DNA of 64,000 nt from Trichinella spiralis (lineage: Eukaryota): the NCBI RefSeq assembly GCF_000181795.1, contig NW_003526943.1, positions 374,487 to 438,486 on the forward strand, read 5' to 3'. The notes under the pieces were generated by a model. The model saw only the letters and a program-made list of their open reading frames with translations. It did no database searches and was not told the DNA's origin. Shown piece after piece: positions 52,901 to 64,000 of the stretch. Position 1 is the stretch's first letter. Each line of letters begins with the position of its first letter. A program made the translations under genes and the position numbers.

Positions 52901-55900
52901 TTGTGCAGTTTATTACAATTTTTTTGATGTTGCAATTTTAATTTGTTTTTAAATAATTTCTACTGTCATCTTTACAGCTATGTTAGATTTTGCAATTATC
53001 AATTCATATGAATAGGATTTTTTTTGATATTTTCAAATAAACATTTTATAATATAATTAAAAAGCAGTGACTTGATTAAAATTAAATTAAATTAAATTAA
53101 AAGTTTGCTTTAAATGAATAATACTTTATAGAAATTTTTCAAAAAAGTCTGATGGGCAATTTGTTTGTTTCTGTTACAGTACAGTATAATTTTGTCAAGT
53201 GTTAAAAATATTTTTTTATTGTACAAAAGCACAAGCCAAAACTTTTGGTTGCACAGTTGGTAGAGGTGACAAAATTTTGAAAAAAAGATGCAGAAATGAA
53301 AAGAAATGCTGTTTTCATACTTTCTTTTAATTCATTAGCTAACAGAATGCTTAAATTGTTTAAGATTATTTTTTATGAAAAGCAAAATTATGAAAAAACT
53401 TAATTCATTTTTAATATGCCCATATTTTATTATGTAAATTTATAACGAGCAATTGATAGCCTGCCAAGTTATCATGTGATTATTTTTTCATTAACAAGCA
53501 AGCATGCTTCTGTGCATTGCAAAATAGTGAACAATTGAAAATGTAAAGAATGTGCACTGCAATTCTTTCTGGAGATCAAAACATGCCTTTCAAATATATA
53601 TATTTTCTAAATTAATAATTAAGAATTTATATTGCCAGTTTTACTGTGTATTTTTTATATTTTTATTTAATTCACATTGATAACAGAGATTAGCTTAAAT
53701 TAGTGACAATGGTTTTTTTTCAAGAAATGTTCCTTGGATCTTTGCTTCATTATTGCATGTTTTTGTTTTGCTTTTACGTACTTTTCAATTTCCTGTTTAA
53801 ATCAAGAACCGAATTTTAAAGTTTGCACTGAAAAGAAGAAAACAACATAGAAATAATGAAAATGCAGAACATTATTTTTCTGCAAAAGCTTGCATTTAAT
53901 TTTTAATTTTGCATAATTTTATGTAATTATTAAGAATCTTAAAAAAATTATTTTACTCATTTGATTACAAAAATTAAAGTAGTTTAATTAAATATTGAAA
54001 AAATGTTGTCATTCATAATTTATAACTGAGACTTGACTCCTGAGAAAATTTTATTTGAATTCATTCAAGTTTTTGAGTCATTGTGTTTCAAGAATCCTCT
54101 CTGTTGCAAACAAATATATAAACTGGTAGTTGAGAGAAGAAGACTATGTAAATTGCTTATTACTTTTCTCTGTGTGAACTTCGTCTCATCATAGAATTCT
54201 GAGAACTGAAAGCTCTGATTTCTTATGTTAGATATTCAAAAAATGCAGGTTGTTATATTTTTTCCGGTTAATATAAATATTAACTTGAAATGAAAATTTC
54301 AATATTTCATCTTATAGAAAATATTAGATGCTACACAGTTTATTTTCTTATTTTGAATATTTTTCTCAAATAATCGTTCATTTTGCATTTGTGAAGAAAA
54401 CTTAAAATTATGTTTTCAGAAAATTGATATGAAATGGGTAGATCAGTTTAACTTGTGGAAAGAAAAGCGAAGGGCTAAATTTGAAAGCAGCCATCTAACA
54501 GAAGATGCGACGAGCTCCATTAATGTTGTTGAAAGTGAAAGGTATGAATAATTATTAAATTGATTTCTTTCTTCTTTTCAAAATTTCCAGAAACTCTTTG
54601 AAAATGTTTTCCGTAAAAAAAGTTACTGATTGAAAGCACTTTTTACAGTACCCAGATGTTTTTTGGTTGATGTTTTTTCGATATTGAAAAAAGCATAAAG
54701 GAAAAGGAAATAGAATTTTAGTTTCTCGCGTTTTTTTGCAAATTTATCAATAATATTGCAAAATTTTTATTGACGTGAATAATATTTACTTTTTCTTTAA
54801 ATATTTCTACTTTGAAACAAGCAAAATGATGTTTTTTCATTTGCTGCTTTTTTGTTGCTGTTGTTGAACGTTTAAACTTTTGTAATGTTTTCGAAGTTAA
54901 TGGAAAAGGGTAAAAAACGACTGACATTAATCTGTTTTATCAATTCCGCATTCCAATCTAACCTGCCAAAAAGCTGCTAATGGTCAAAAGTTTAGTTTTG
55001 ATTTTAATGAAAATTTTATTTTCTAAAAATTTACTGTCGGTCGGTTTTTATTGCATCAGGTAAAAAATTACAATAGGCGAAAAATATTTTGGTTGAGTGA
55101 AATTTCGAAATATGCTATGTGAACTGTTGTTTTTTCAGTTCTTTTATTTTTTCTTTGTTTTCTGCTACGATTGTGAAAATTTCGCATTGCTCACTGGTTT
55201 GCATGCTTTACATTGCAGAATTGTTGAATTTAAATATTTGCACTGGTGGGAGAATTTGAAAAGCCGGCTTCCGTGTGAAAATTGCAACAATCAAGTGTTT
55301 CCGGTAAATTTTCTCGAGTTCGTTTCAAATTTGCTATCGCATTTTTCAAAAAAGTGATGAGCATCAAATGTGCTGCTCCTTTTTTTTCACATCACAGCCG
55401 CGCCCTTATGATGATAATTTTTTTTGTTTTCAATTCATTGAATTCTTCTTTTTTTCGTTGGAGAAAAAACTGCCGCTTTTGAAATTGCTGCTGATGACCT
55501 GATCTTATAAGTTGACGCTGTTTTTCTCTACGCCAATTGTCAGCCATATCAGCGAATCAACTCTTCAAGGCACAGTAAGCATACTGTTACTGTTGCCCTT
55601 ATTACTGTTCCATCATTGCATTTGTTTTCAATATGCCAGTTTCAACTTTTTCATCGGTTCATCATAATTAAATTTTTGTTTCCTTGAGAAAAAAAAATAA
55701 TATTCAAATTTGTTGCAACCATCAGTGCTTTCAATTGTTTTCATCTAGCTTATTTATCAGGTAAGCAGTTCAGCAAAAAAATAATTCATTTTAGTAATGA
55801 TAGAAAAAAAAACAAAGAAAATTACTCGGATAAATGTTTTTTTTTATTTATAAGCAGTCTGTTGTCTGGTTTTATTTGAATCAATTTTCACGGTACCGTG

Positions 55901-58900
55901 CTATGCAAGTTTAACTTTTCGGCATTCTAAGATACTTGCTTTTCGAAAGGTCAACGTATGTTTGACATTTCTTATATTATTATAAAAATAAGTTCGATTC
56001 GAGAAGCTTCTGCACTGTTTTCGTACTATTGATAAAGTGAATTTTGTTTGTGAATAATAAAACATGAATTTATTATGCCAATTATCCCATAGTCAGCATT
56101 CTCGTATGCAGACTAGCAGCTGTTCAATAGCACAGCAGCAGGCACATTAAAATGCCAGTTTTGCAAAACTATATTATTGTAACTATTACTTTATTGCGTT
56201 ATTTCATTTATTCACAAACCATGGAGGCATGTCGTATTTTCTTACAGTGTGTTCATTGGTTGAGTTCAATGATCTCAATGCAAAAATACACTACTTTTTG
56301 TTTCGTTTCGTTTTGTTTTATTTTTGATAATTTAATTATTTCTATTTCGATATTAAAATTTCCATTGTAAAGTAAGTCATCGACAATTATTTCGGTATTT
56401 TGATAGCTATTATTGTGTTATTGAAGCTATTAAAGTTATTCTAGTAGCGGTAAACAGTTTCAATGGGTCGATATTGTTTCCGCATGTGTATTCCATTGCA
56501 TCGTATAATTGATTGTTTACTCGTCGAAAGTTTTCGCATGTGCATATTTTTGCATTTATTTGCGTTTGAGCTTTACACTGATTGGCTTGTTATTGTACTT
56601 TAAGGGAGAAAGTGCAGCCTTCCGGCGTATTGTCGAAGCGTTCAGAAGTTTCTCCATTGAACGCAAGTGGTGGAGTTTGTAGCGAGTTGACGACAACCAT
56701 GCCGACGGAATCACCGAAAAAAGAGTTTACGGTATGCATGCTGATTGCTTATTGGAATCTCTTGTCGTGTTCTTTTTCTCCATTTTCTGGGACAATAGTT
56801 GTGCTGTTGTGATGCAACGGCATTCGCTTGAGAATTGTCCACGCAAAGGTTGGGGGGTCAGCGCGACTGATACATCGCTTTGGTATGCAGGCTCGCCGCT
56901 GTCCGGCCAATGTAATTAATGTCAGGACGTTCACATGACGGTCACTTGGAACTGCTTTGTACCGAATAGTCGTGGCCGACTGGAGTTGGCCCACTGTAAT
57001 GTTCCTGATGTCGTCCGTCCTACATCCGGCATGCTTGGTTGCTTGTCTGCAAATAGTTGACATTACTGACCGCGTCCATTATGATATCACAGTTTCGGCG
57101 TTAAATTTGACTGACCTGTCGTCCCAGGAGCCATTGTCTATTCTGGGCACTCTGAGCAGTTTGGCCACTCACTTTTATCATTTACTCTTTTCAATATTTT
57201 TTTTCCATTTTAGCTTATTATTTTTTGAAGAGAGGCTGAATGTTTTTTTTCTCTAATTTTTTCCTCATGTACAAAATGAGTTCAAAATTATTATTATGAT
57301 TTTTTAACTTATTGACAATTGCTTCTTTCTTCCTTTTCCTTTTCTTTTTTTCTCCATTTCTTGCCAAGGTCGACGCTTAGCACTATCGTCCGATATCAAT
57401 CAATGCGTGACAATTTGCTGCTTTTCCAAAACTTGTTCATCAAGGTGGAAATTTTGCTCCACCACCATCATCATATTTTTGTTTTTCTGCTTTCTAACTG
57501 TTCACATTTTGAGCATTCAATGGTTATTCATTATTCATATATTTTCAGATGATAGTGGAAAATAAAACTCTTGAACAAGCGACAACATCATTGCAAGAGA
57601 ACAAACAATTGGCTAATAGCTTTGATAGAAAATTGAGCTTGGAAGATAGTGGACATTTCGGTGGCGAATCGGATGATACTGATGAAAGACTTTCAGCAGT
57701 AAGTTTTTATTCATTACTTTTCTTTGTTCTCACGTCATATGACAATTATTAATTATTGGAAAAGCTTCCATGTGAAGCATTTCATTTGCAAGTGATTGAT
57801 GATAATCATAACGATTCGACAGTTTTTGCATTTCATATAATACGTGATCATTTTGAGTTTTACAAATGTTGAAGATAAGATTGTTGGATGATTAGAAGCG
57901 CAGGTGTATGTCAGGGTCGAATCTTTATAACATTTTGATTATTTTTGTTCACTTGTCAGCGGTGACAAGATTGACAAATTTTTCGACAGAAAATCTGATC
58001 CATATAAGCAGTATGGATTTTGATGACAATTTTCAACTTTACAATATACCATTGGACGACTTTTCTTCTGTCACACTGTTATTTATTATCATTGTCTGTT
58101 TGCTTTTTCAGCATTACTACATCTACGACGATACAGTTTATTTGTTTACTTTGTCTTCTGACAAATATTTGAACTTGTAATAGAAAAAATAGTTATGCTG
58201 AAAAGTCAAGCAATCAACTGAGGCTTTTCCCAAATGTATTCACAAAAATGTTTCAAGCGTTACTGAGGAAATTGTACAGTTGTAATGTTGTCTGCTAGTA
58301 ATTGCATTGGAAGGTAACAAAAAATGAAAATAAAATTCAAATTCAACAAAAAGTGAATTTGCATGTATGGTTTCATTTGTATATGCAGTTTTGTCCAATA
58401 CTTTGATTGTTGCTAATTTCGAATTTGCAAATAAGGATATGAAATCAATATTGCATGCACAAACATGTACGGGCTAAATGGGTTAGGTATAGTTGAAATT
58501 GGTGCAAATAGCTGAGGTTTCACCCTTTGACTTCTATCTGACCAGTATGCTTTAAACAAATTGGCTAGATGTTTGGAATTTGAAAATTTTTCAATATTAA
58601 CATGACACTGATTGACAACCGTTAAGGCTTCTTTTTGTATTGTCTGTAAGGATGAAAGTATCGTTCGAAAGCAAGAGACAATTCCGGTTGACCCGGTGGA
58701 GTTGTTGATACGCCTGCGTTGTTTGATAGTCAACTTTTACAGCTAATTGTCATTTCATACGGTTTGACGATGCGTTTTGGAATGCTGTCAACATGCCCAA
58801 CCAAATTACACCTGCTTTGCGTCTTGTGACCTGATTTGCTTATAAATCAACAAGCATTTTGCATTGTGAATATTCTTTCAATAGGAATAGGGAATTTCAA

Positions 58901-61900
58901 TAATTCCATTCTGCCACCTTTATTCATGCATTCATTCAATGCAACATCTATTCTTTGACATTGATATGCACTTTCACTTTGTATTATGTTTTGTAAAATT
59001 AAATTTGTTTTTTTTCAATACTTTCAGAGCCCAGGAACGCTTGATTCACCGTCATCTAATGTGACAAGGTTAAATATTAACATAAATGGCAAGCAGGATG
59101 TGAAATTGTTGACTATGGGCAACTGTTATGGAAAATTGACACCTCCTGCAGCCAAGTAATTTTAATTTATAAATTTATTTTATCTTTTTCTTTATTTTTT
59201 ATTTAAAATTTATTCAAGTAATGGAATTGAAGAAGTGAATAATACCATGCAATCTCCAGTGAATGTAACGAAATTAGCATTTGAATTGAATGGTACGATA
59301 AATGGACTAATTAAACGTTTGTAAATTTATTAATTACAATTCGTAGATGGTCTACAAAAATCAGAAAACGGGATTCGACGTGTTAGCGCAGATGGCTCAG
59401 AACTCACTTATGTCTGTAATTTGGTGCGCTTTCAAAAAGAACGAAATTTTGGCTTCACGTTGAAAGGCGGTCTCAATTCCGGTGAACCTTTGAGAATTGA
59501 TCAAGTTACACCAGGTAATTTAAAAAAAAAACATTTACACCCAAATTTTATTATTATTATTATTATTATTATAGCAGAATTTATCATCTGTCCGCTTAAT
59601 CTTTGTTTCAGGCCTTTCTGCTGATCGTGCTGGCGTCAAAGCTGGCGATATTTTGGTATCAGTGAATGGTGCTTTGGTTCGAGATGATTTGATCGGCAAG
59701 GCTAATATGATGATAAAAGAGGCAGTATTTGTATCTCATGTTGAGTTGGTTTTGGAAAAGTCAGAAAAAGAGCAAAGTAATAATTTTTTAACAACAATTT
59801 AACAATATTTCACACTTTATCCAATATATATTTTTTTTATTACAGGTGAAACGAATTCTGCCATCTCAACGCCCAGAAAGTTGAGTTCATCAAGCAAAGA
59901 TTTTACAGCCACAGGCCAGTCGAATTCAACAAATTTGTTTCTTCAGCGAAGAGCAATGTTTGAAAAGCTGTCTGCAGCTGAAAGCGATGCTCATCCTGCT
60001 AAAACCGATTTTCGAAGTGAACCCAAGTACAAATTTCTTTAATTTCAACTTGCTTCGTTCACACTTGTATTTAAATTCTGCACTATTAATTAATGCTTTA
60101 TTATAACTAACTTCAGTTGTAAATTTGTTACAATATTTAAATATCATTTTTTCTTATTGTTTTTGTTAGCATTAAGATTAATATTGACCGATTTTAAATT
60201 TGAAAGTATAATAATAATAATATAATAATAATAAATAATTTTATTATTCAGTTTAATGTCACATTTAGCATTTAATAGAAGCATTTTTCGTAAAAAGAAA
60301 TTATTTAAGCGACCGTTGATGTATTCATTTCCTAAAATTATTGCAAGTAAAGCACAGCACGCTTTATTTGCTTCTTGACGCTTGTAGTGCCATTGAGATA
60401 AAATGCTACCACGTTTGTCTGTCTGACTTTGTCATTTGATAGAAAAAACTGTCGACTCTAAGAAAATCGACAACAAAAAGGCATAGCTCGAAAAATAAAT
60501 CACTGAAGTTTTTGACAATTTTTTAAAATTGTTTTGCACACAGTTAAACTTTAAACAGCATGTGTATAAAATATTCGAACAGATTTCTATTTAAGAAAAT
60601 AATTGCTTTTCTTTTTCAAGAATAAAATCATTAAAGATCAGTTTTGCAAGTATTTTTATGTATTCCTCTTTTTTTTTTTTATTAAAAATTGTAATTACAA
60701 ATAAGAATGATAAATGAATTCATCATTGTTCATGCATGCAAGTTGAAATAATTTTCTATATTTTTTATTAGGACTGAAATTATTGAAGATATGAAAGAAA
60801 TTTCTGCACAGAAAATTCCATATGTAAATAATACAAATATTGGAAATTCAGTGACCAGTCGACCGAATGTTGGCTATCGTGTAGTTTCCATGTATGAGCC
60901 TAGGCAACCTGGACGCATATCTGATTTCATTCCGGAATATGAACGCAAAGAAGAAACATCGAATAGTAATTTTTTTAGATTTATTCATTTTTGTTTGTTT
61001 AGAATTTTGAGTAAAATTAATTTATTTTGAAGATTACGCGAGCACCTATAATGCAATGAATGAATGTGTCACAGGAAGCTATCGACGAACCCCATCTGAC
61101 TGTTGTCCAACTTTGATTCGCAATTACGATCTCGGAAATTGCAATACAAATTTAGCAGTCGGTATGGCTTTGCCTTCTTACAGAGACGAAATTTCATTTG
61201 TTGATTTTGAAGCAGAGCCTGACGATGCATCATTGGTAAGAAATATATTGTATTGCATTTAGTTTGTTCAATGGTATTTTATAAAATTTGAATTCATGGC
61301 ACATTTGAAAAATACATAGTTAAATAACAAATGTTGTTATATGATCCGATTATTCTGGAAAGTCGAATTTTGTTTAAAATGGTTTATTTTTATTTTATTT
61401 AATTTTAAATATTATTTTTAGAGCAAACCAAAGCACAACTGTACCACATTGAAAACTTCAACGAATAAGATTGGCAACAATAGAAATGTGACTAACAGTT
61501 GGCGAGCTGTAGACAACAACACCAGCATGGAATTCAAATATTGGAACATGGCTGCCAATGCAGCTGAACTAGATGCTTCCGTTTTGGGATGCAATAACAA
61601 CAACAGTGCAGTAATGAATGGCAACAGCAACTTTTGCAGCAACACGAAAAGTGCAGCAGCTTCGTCAATGCGACATCAGGCATACAATCACTGGCTTGTA
61701 CAGGAAGCGGAACATCGGCGTCTGTCCGACCAATTGCTTTCTGAACGCACTGCTAGAAATAATCATCCAGATGAAGGGAAAAAGAAAATGCCAACACCGC
61801 AAGCAGTAAGCGCAAGTCACCTTTGTTCTCACTGCAACAAGGAACTTGGTAATAAAATTCGTTTTTTTTCATATGTTCATATGTTTTATCAAAAATTCAT

Positions 61901-62193
61901 TATTGAAATATTTATTCTTTCAATTATTATTCCAGGTCACGGAGCTGCAATGAGCATTGAATCATTGAAACTTTTCTATCACTTGAGTTGTTTCAAGTGC
62001 TATGTTTGTGGTGTAAAGCTTGGCGATGGAGCCGTAGGAGCGGATGTTCGTGTTCGATGCGGTAAATTGCACTGCCAGTCTTGCTACAGCAACGACGAAG
62101 GTATGTATGCATGTGCGAACTTTATTTTTTTTCTATCTCAAAAGTAGTAATTATTTTTGTATTTTAGCAGGCTACCGTCTCAGTGAAGTTTGA
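43923..62193 (+). CDS. LMO7: LMO7/smallish-like scaffold protein (calponin-homology, PDZ and C-terminal LIM domains), about 20 exons
   Basis: CH domain: AINETQRWLE|ASTRERFLDDDDFIFSLRNGFQLRK|IVNKLIPG and NIFCLCVSKLGIPEGNLFHITDF. KWVDQFNLWKEKRR (54420 exon). PDZ: NFGFTLKGGLNSGEPLRIDQVTPGLSADRAGVKAGDILVSVNG. NHWLVQEAEHRR. LIM: CSHCNKELGHGAAMSIESLKLFYHLSCFKCYVC...VRVRCGKLHCQSC. Ends YRLSEV* at TGA 62191-62193. Confidence 0.9.
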
Positions 62194-63572
62194 AAAAGTA
62201 TATTTCGAGCTTTTGCTGAATGATATGTCGAAAAATATTTGGTCGTGAAAAAAATTTAGTTTTGCTTCATTTTTTTAACATAAGGAAAACAACTCTGCTT
62301 ACTTTTCTTCTTCTGTTTAGTCATGGAAGAATGATTAATCTGAAATTCAGCAACTCTTCAAACTTGACTGATTGTTTCCTTATTTGTTTTGCGACCGCTA
62401 ACTGTTATATATATATATATACTTTAGAAGTAAAATAAACTCAACCTTTAGATTTTTTCTTGCATATTCTGTTTACTCACCATTCACCGCTCTGCTTAAT
62501 TATAATTATATACGGATATTATACTTATTACATTACGTAAAGAAAAATATTTTTTCTGTTGGCAAATTCAAACTCTAGTAACGTGAATAAAAACTATTTA
62601 TTCATTTATTTCATTTTAGCAACTAAACTGATTCGACAAATATTTAAAGTGAAATATTATTGTTATTTATCATTTTATAATTTACGATGGTGCTGCTGTA
62701 TTACTCTATGTGTATAATTGCAATTATAACTAAATGGAAATATGTAAGCTACGTTCTATTGCATCTAATAAAACCACTCAAGCCACGGATCAACAACCTT
62801 CTCCCAGACAGGGGCTGGATGACATGTAAGTGAATGAAAATACAAATTCGATGCTGTGCGCTGCGCGAAAGACTCTCAATATTGGCGGCAAGCTGGATGA
62901 GGCGAGATACAAAGCAATTTTAATGAGCATCGGTAAGATGGTTTCGTAACCTCTATTTCATTTCGTCTATTTCATTTTGAGAAGAGATGTTTGCACATAT
63001 AATAAGTACTGCTGAATATCGATGCCATTTTTTCACGCGAACTACCAAGATTGTATAAATGCCAGATTTAAGAATATAGCTTTTATAGAACTATAGTAAT
63101 GTGACATCTTCTGTATGAAATCTCAGTAGATCAGTAGTAGATGATCCATCTATCATGTTACTTGTCTTTAGGGCCGGATAATTTGAAATAATGATGGGTT
63201 GGATCAGACTCGGGGTCGTAGGCTGCTGAGCCCTGGCCTAAGCAGTCGAGCACTTTACGATTTTCTAAGTAAATTTGATAGTTGTTTGCAATGGAACATT
63301 ATTCGAAATTTTACAACGCAGAATTCAAAATAGTTCTGTTATTATATGTGTAGCAATAATGAAAATCTATCTGGCAATGGGCTACTTTGCACTGATAAAG
63401 TGAAAAATGTTGTTGGTATTTTTTAATAGAAAAATAAATCAACGTGGATTAAACGATTCAACAACGAGAAAACGTCATTTGTAATAAAATAACACGCACA
63501 AATAAATATAAGAGAACAAATAGATGGATAGATAATCCAAAAGGCTAGAAACGCCGAATGCGTGCTTTTTGC

Positions 63573-64000
63573 TCAAGTACGCTTAACATACTGATGTACG
63601 TAGTAATTCAATGAATAAGGATTCTGAGTAGGAAAAGGCTGAAAAAGTGGTGGACGTACATTCATCACTGGAGTTCGAAACTTAGATCGCCTGAAAGATG
63701 ACTTGGGAAAAGTCGGCGGGTTAATATGAGAATGTGACAAATGAACTGGAGTCCCTCCAGATCCATATTGAACATTGTCACACATCCAGAACCGCTTCCA
63801 TTCTGGGAAAAGTTCTGCATCTTTATTATAATCGGTTTTCTTACTGGAGCAATGCTGACTTTGCGACTTATAAACCCAATTTGTGGAGGATCCGTCATTT
63901 GCATTAGTTGACGTTTCATCTTGTTCACTGTCTTCGCTGGGCGTCTTGACTACTGGATCGCATGGATTTTCATCAATTTGCACAATTTTGCATGCTTGTG
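63573..64000 (-). CDS. 3' terminal exon of an unidentified protein continuing beyond the window
   Basis: Open frame of more than 140 codons reaching the window edge, with coding-like GC content and an acidic/Ser-rich then Pro-rich sequence. No family recognised. Confidence 0.55.
   Translation of the reverse strand, partial: QACKIVQIDENPCDPVVKTPSEDSEQDETSTNANDGSSTNWVYKSQSQHCSSKKTDYNKDAELFPEWKRFWMCDNVQYGSGGTPVHLSHSHINPPTFPKSSFRRSKFRTPVMNVRPPLFQPFPTQNPYSLNYYVHQYVKRT

Noticed and set aside
57050..57110. TATCACAG, a miR-2/miR-43 family seed, in an intron
   Set aside because: The upstream arm pairs poorly with the putative mature sequence, so there is no convincing pre-miRNA hairpin.
63236..63243. 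GCCTAAGC, resembling a telomerase template for TTAGGC
   Set aside because: An 8-nt match is expected by chance in 64 kb, the organism's telomere repeat is unknown, and no supporting structure was seen.

Overview
AT-rich, intron-dense eukaryotic DNA with many ~55-90 nt introns and (AAT)n/(AAC)n tracts. It most resembles a clade I nematode such as Trichinella; this is an inference from composition and gene style only. In order: (1) the 5' part of a Dicer gene on the minus strand, whose helicase ATPase motifs are all degenerate; (2) three paralogous two-exon 7TM receptor-like genes interleaved with DNA-transposon relics (Tigger/pogo fossil, piggyBac-like end, small MITE); (3) glycogen synthase followed closely by an HSPBP1/Fes1-like Hsp70 nucleotide-exchange factor, possibly an operon pair; (4) a spliced locus ending in a divergent POU-specific domain with no visible homeodomain, with a hairpin-rich island upstream; (5) WDR3/UTP12; (6) a ~18 kb LMO7/smallish-like CH-PDZ-LIM gene; (7) the 3' end of an unknown gene. 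No tRNA, rRNA or CRISPR array was seen. Best leads are the pseudo-helicase Dicer, the homeodomain-less POU protein, the DRY-less receptor trio, and the structured island with CTCF-like sites. Gene models were spliced by eye and no searches were run.
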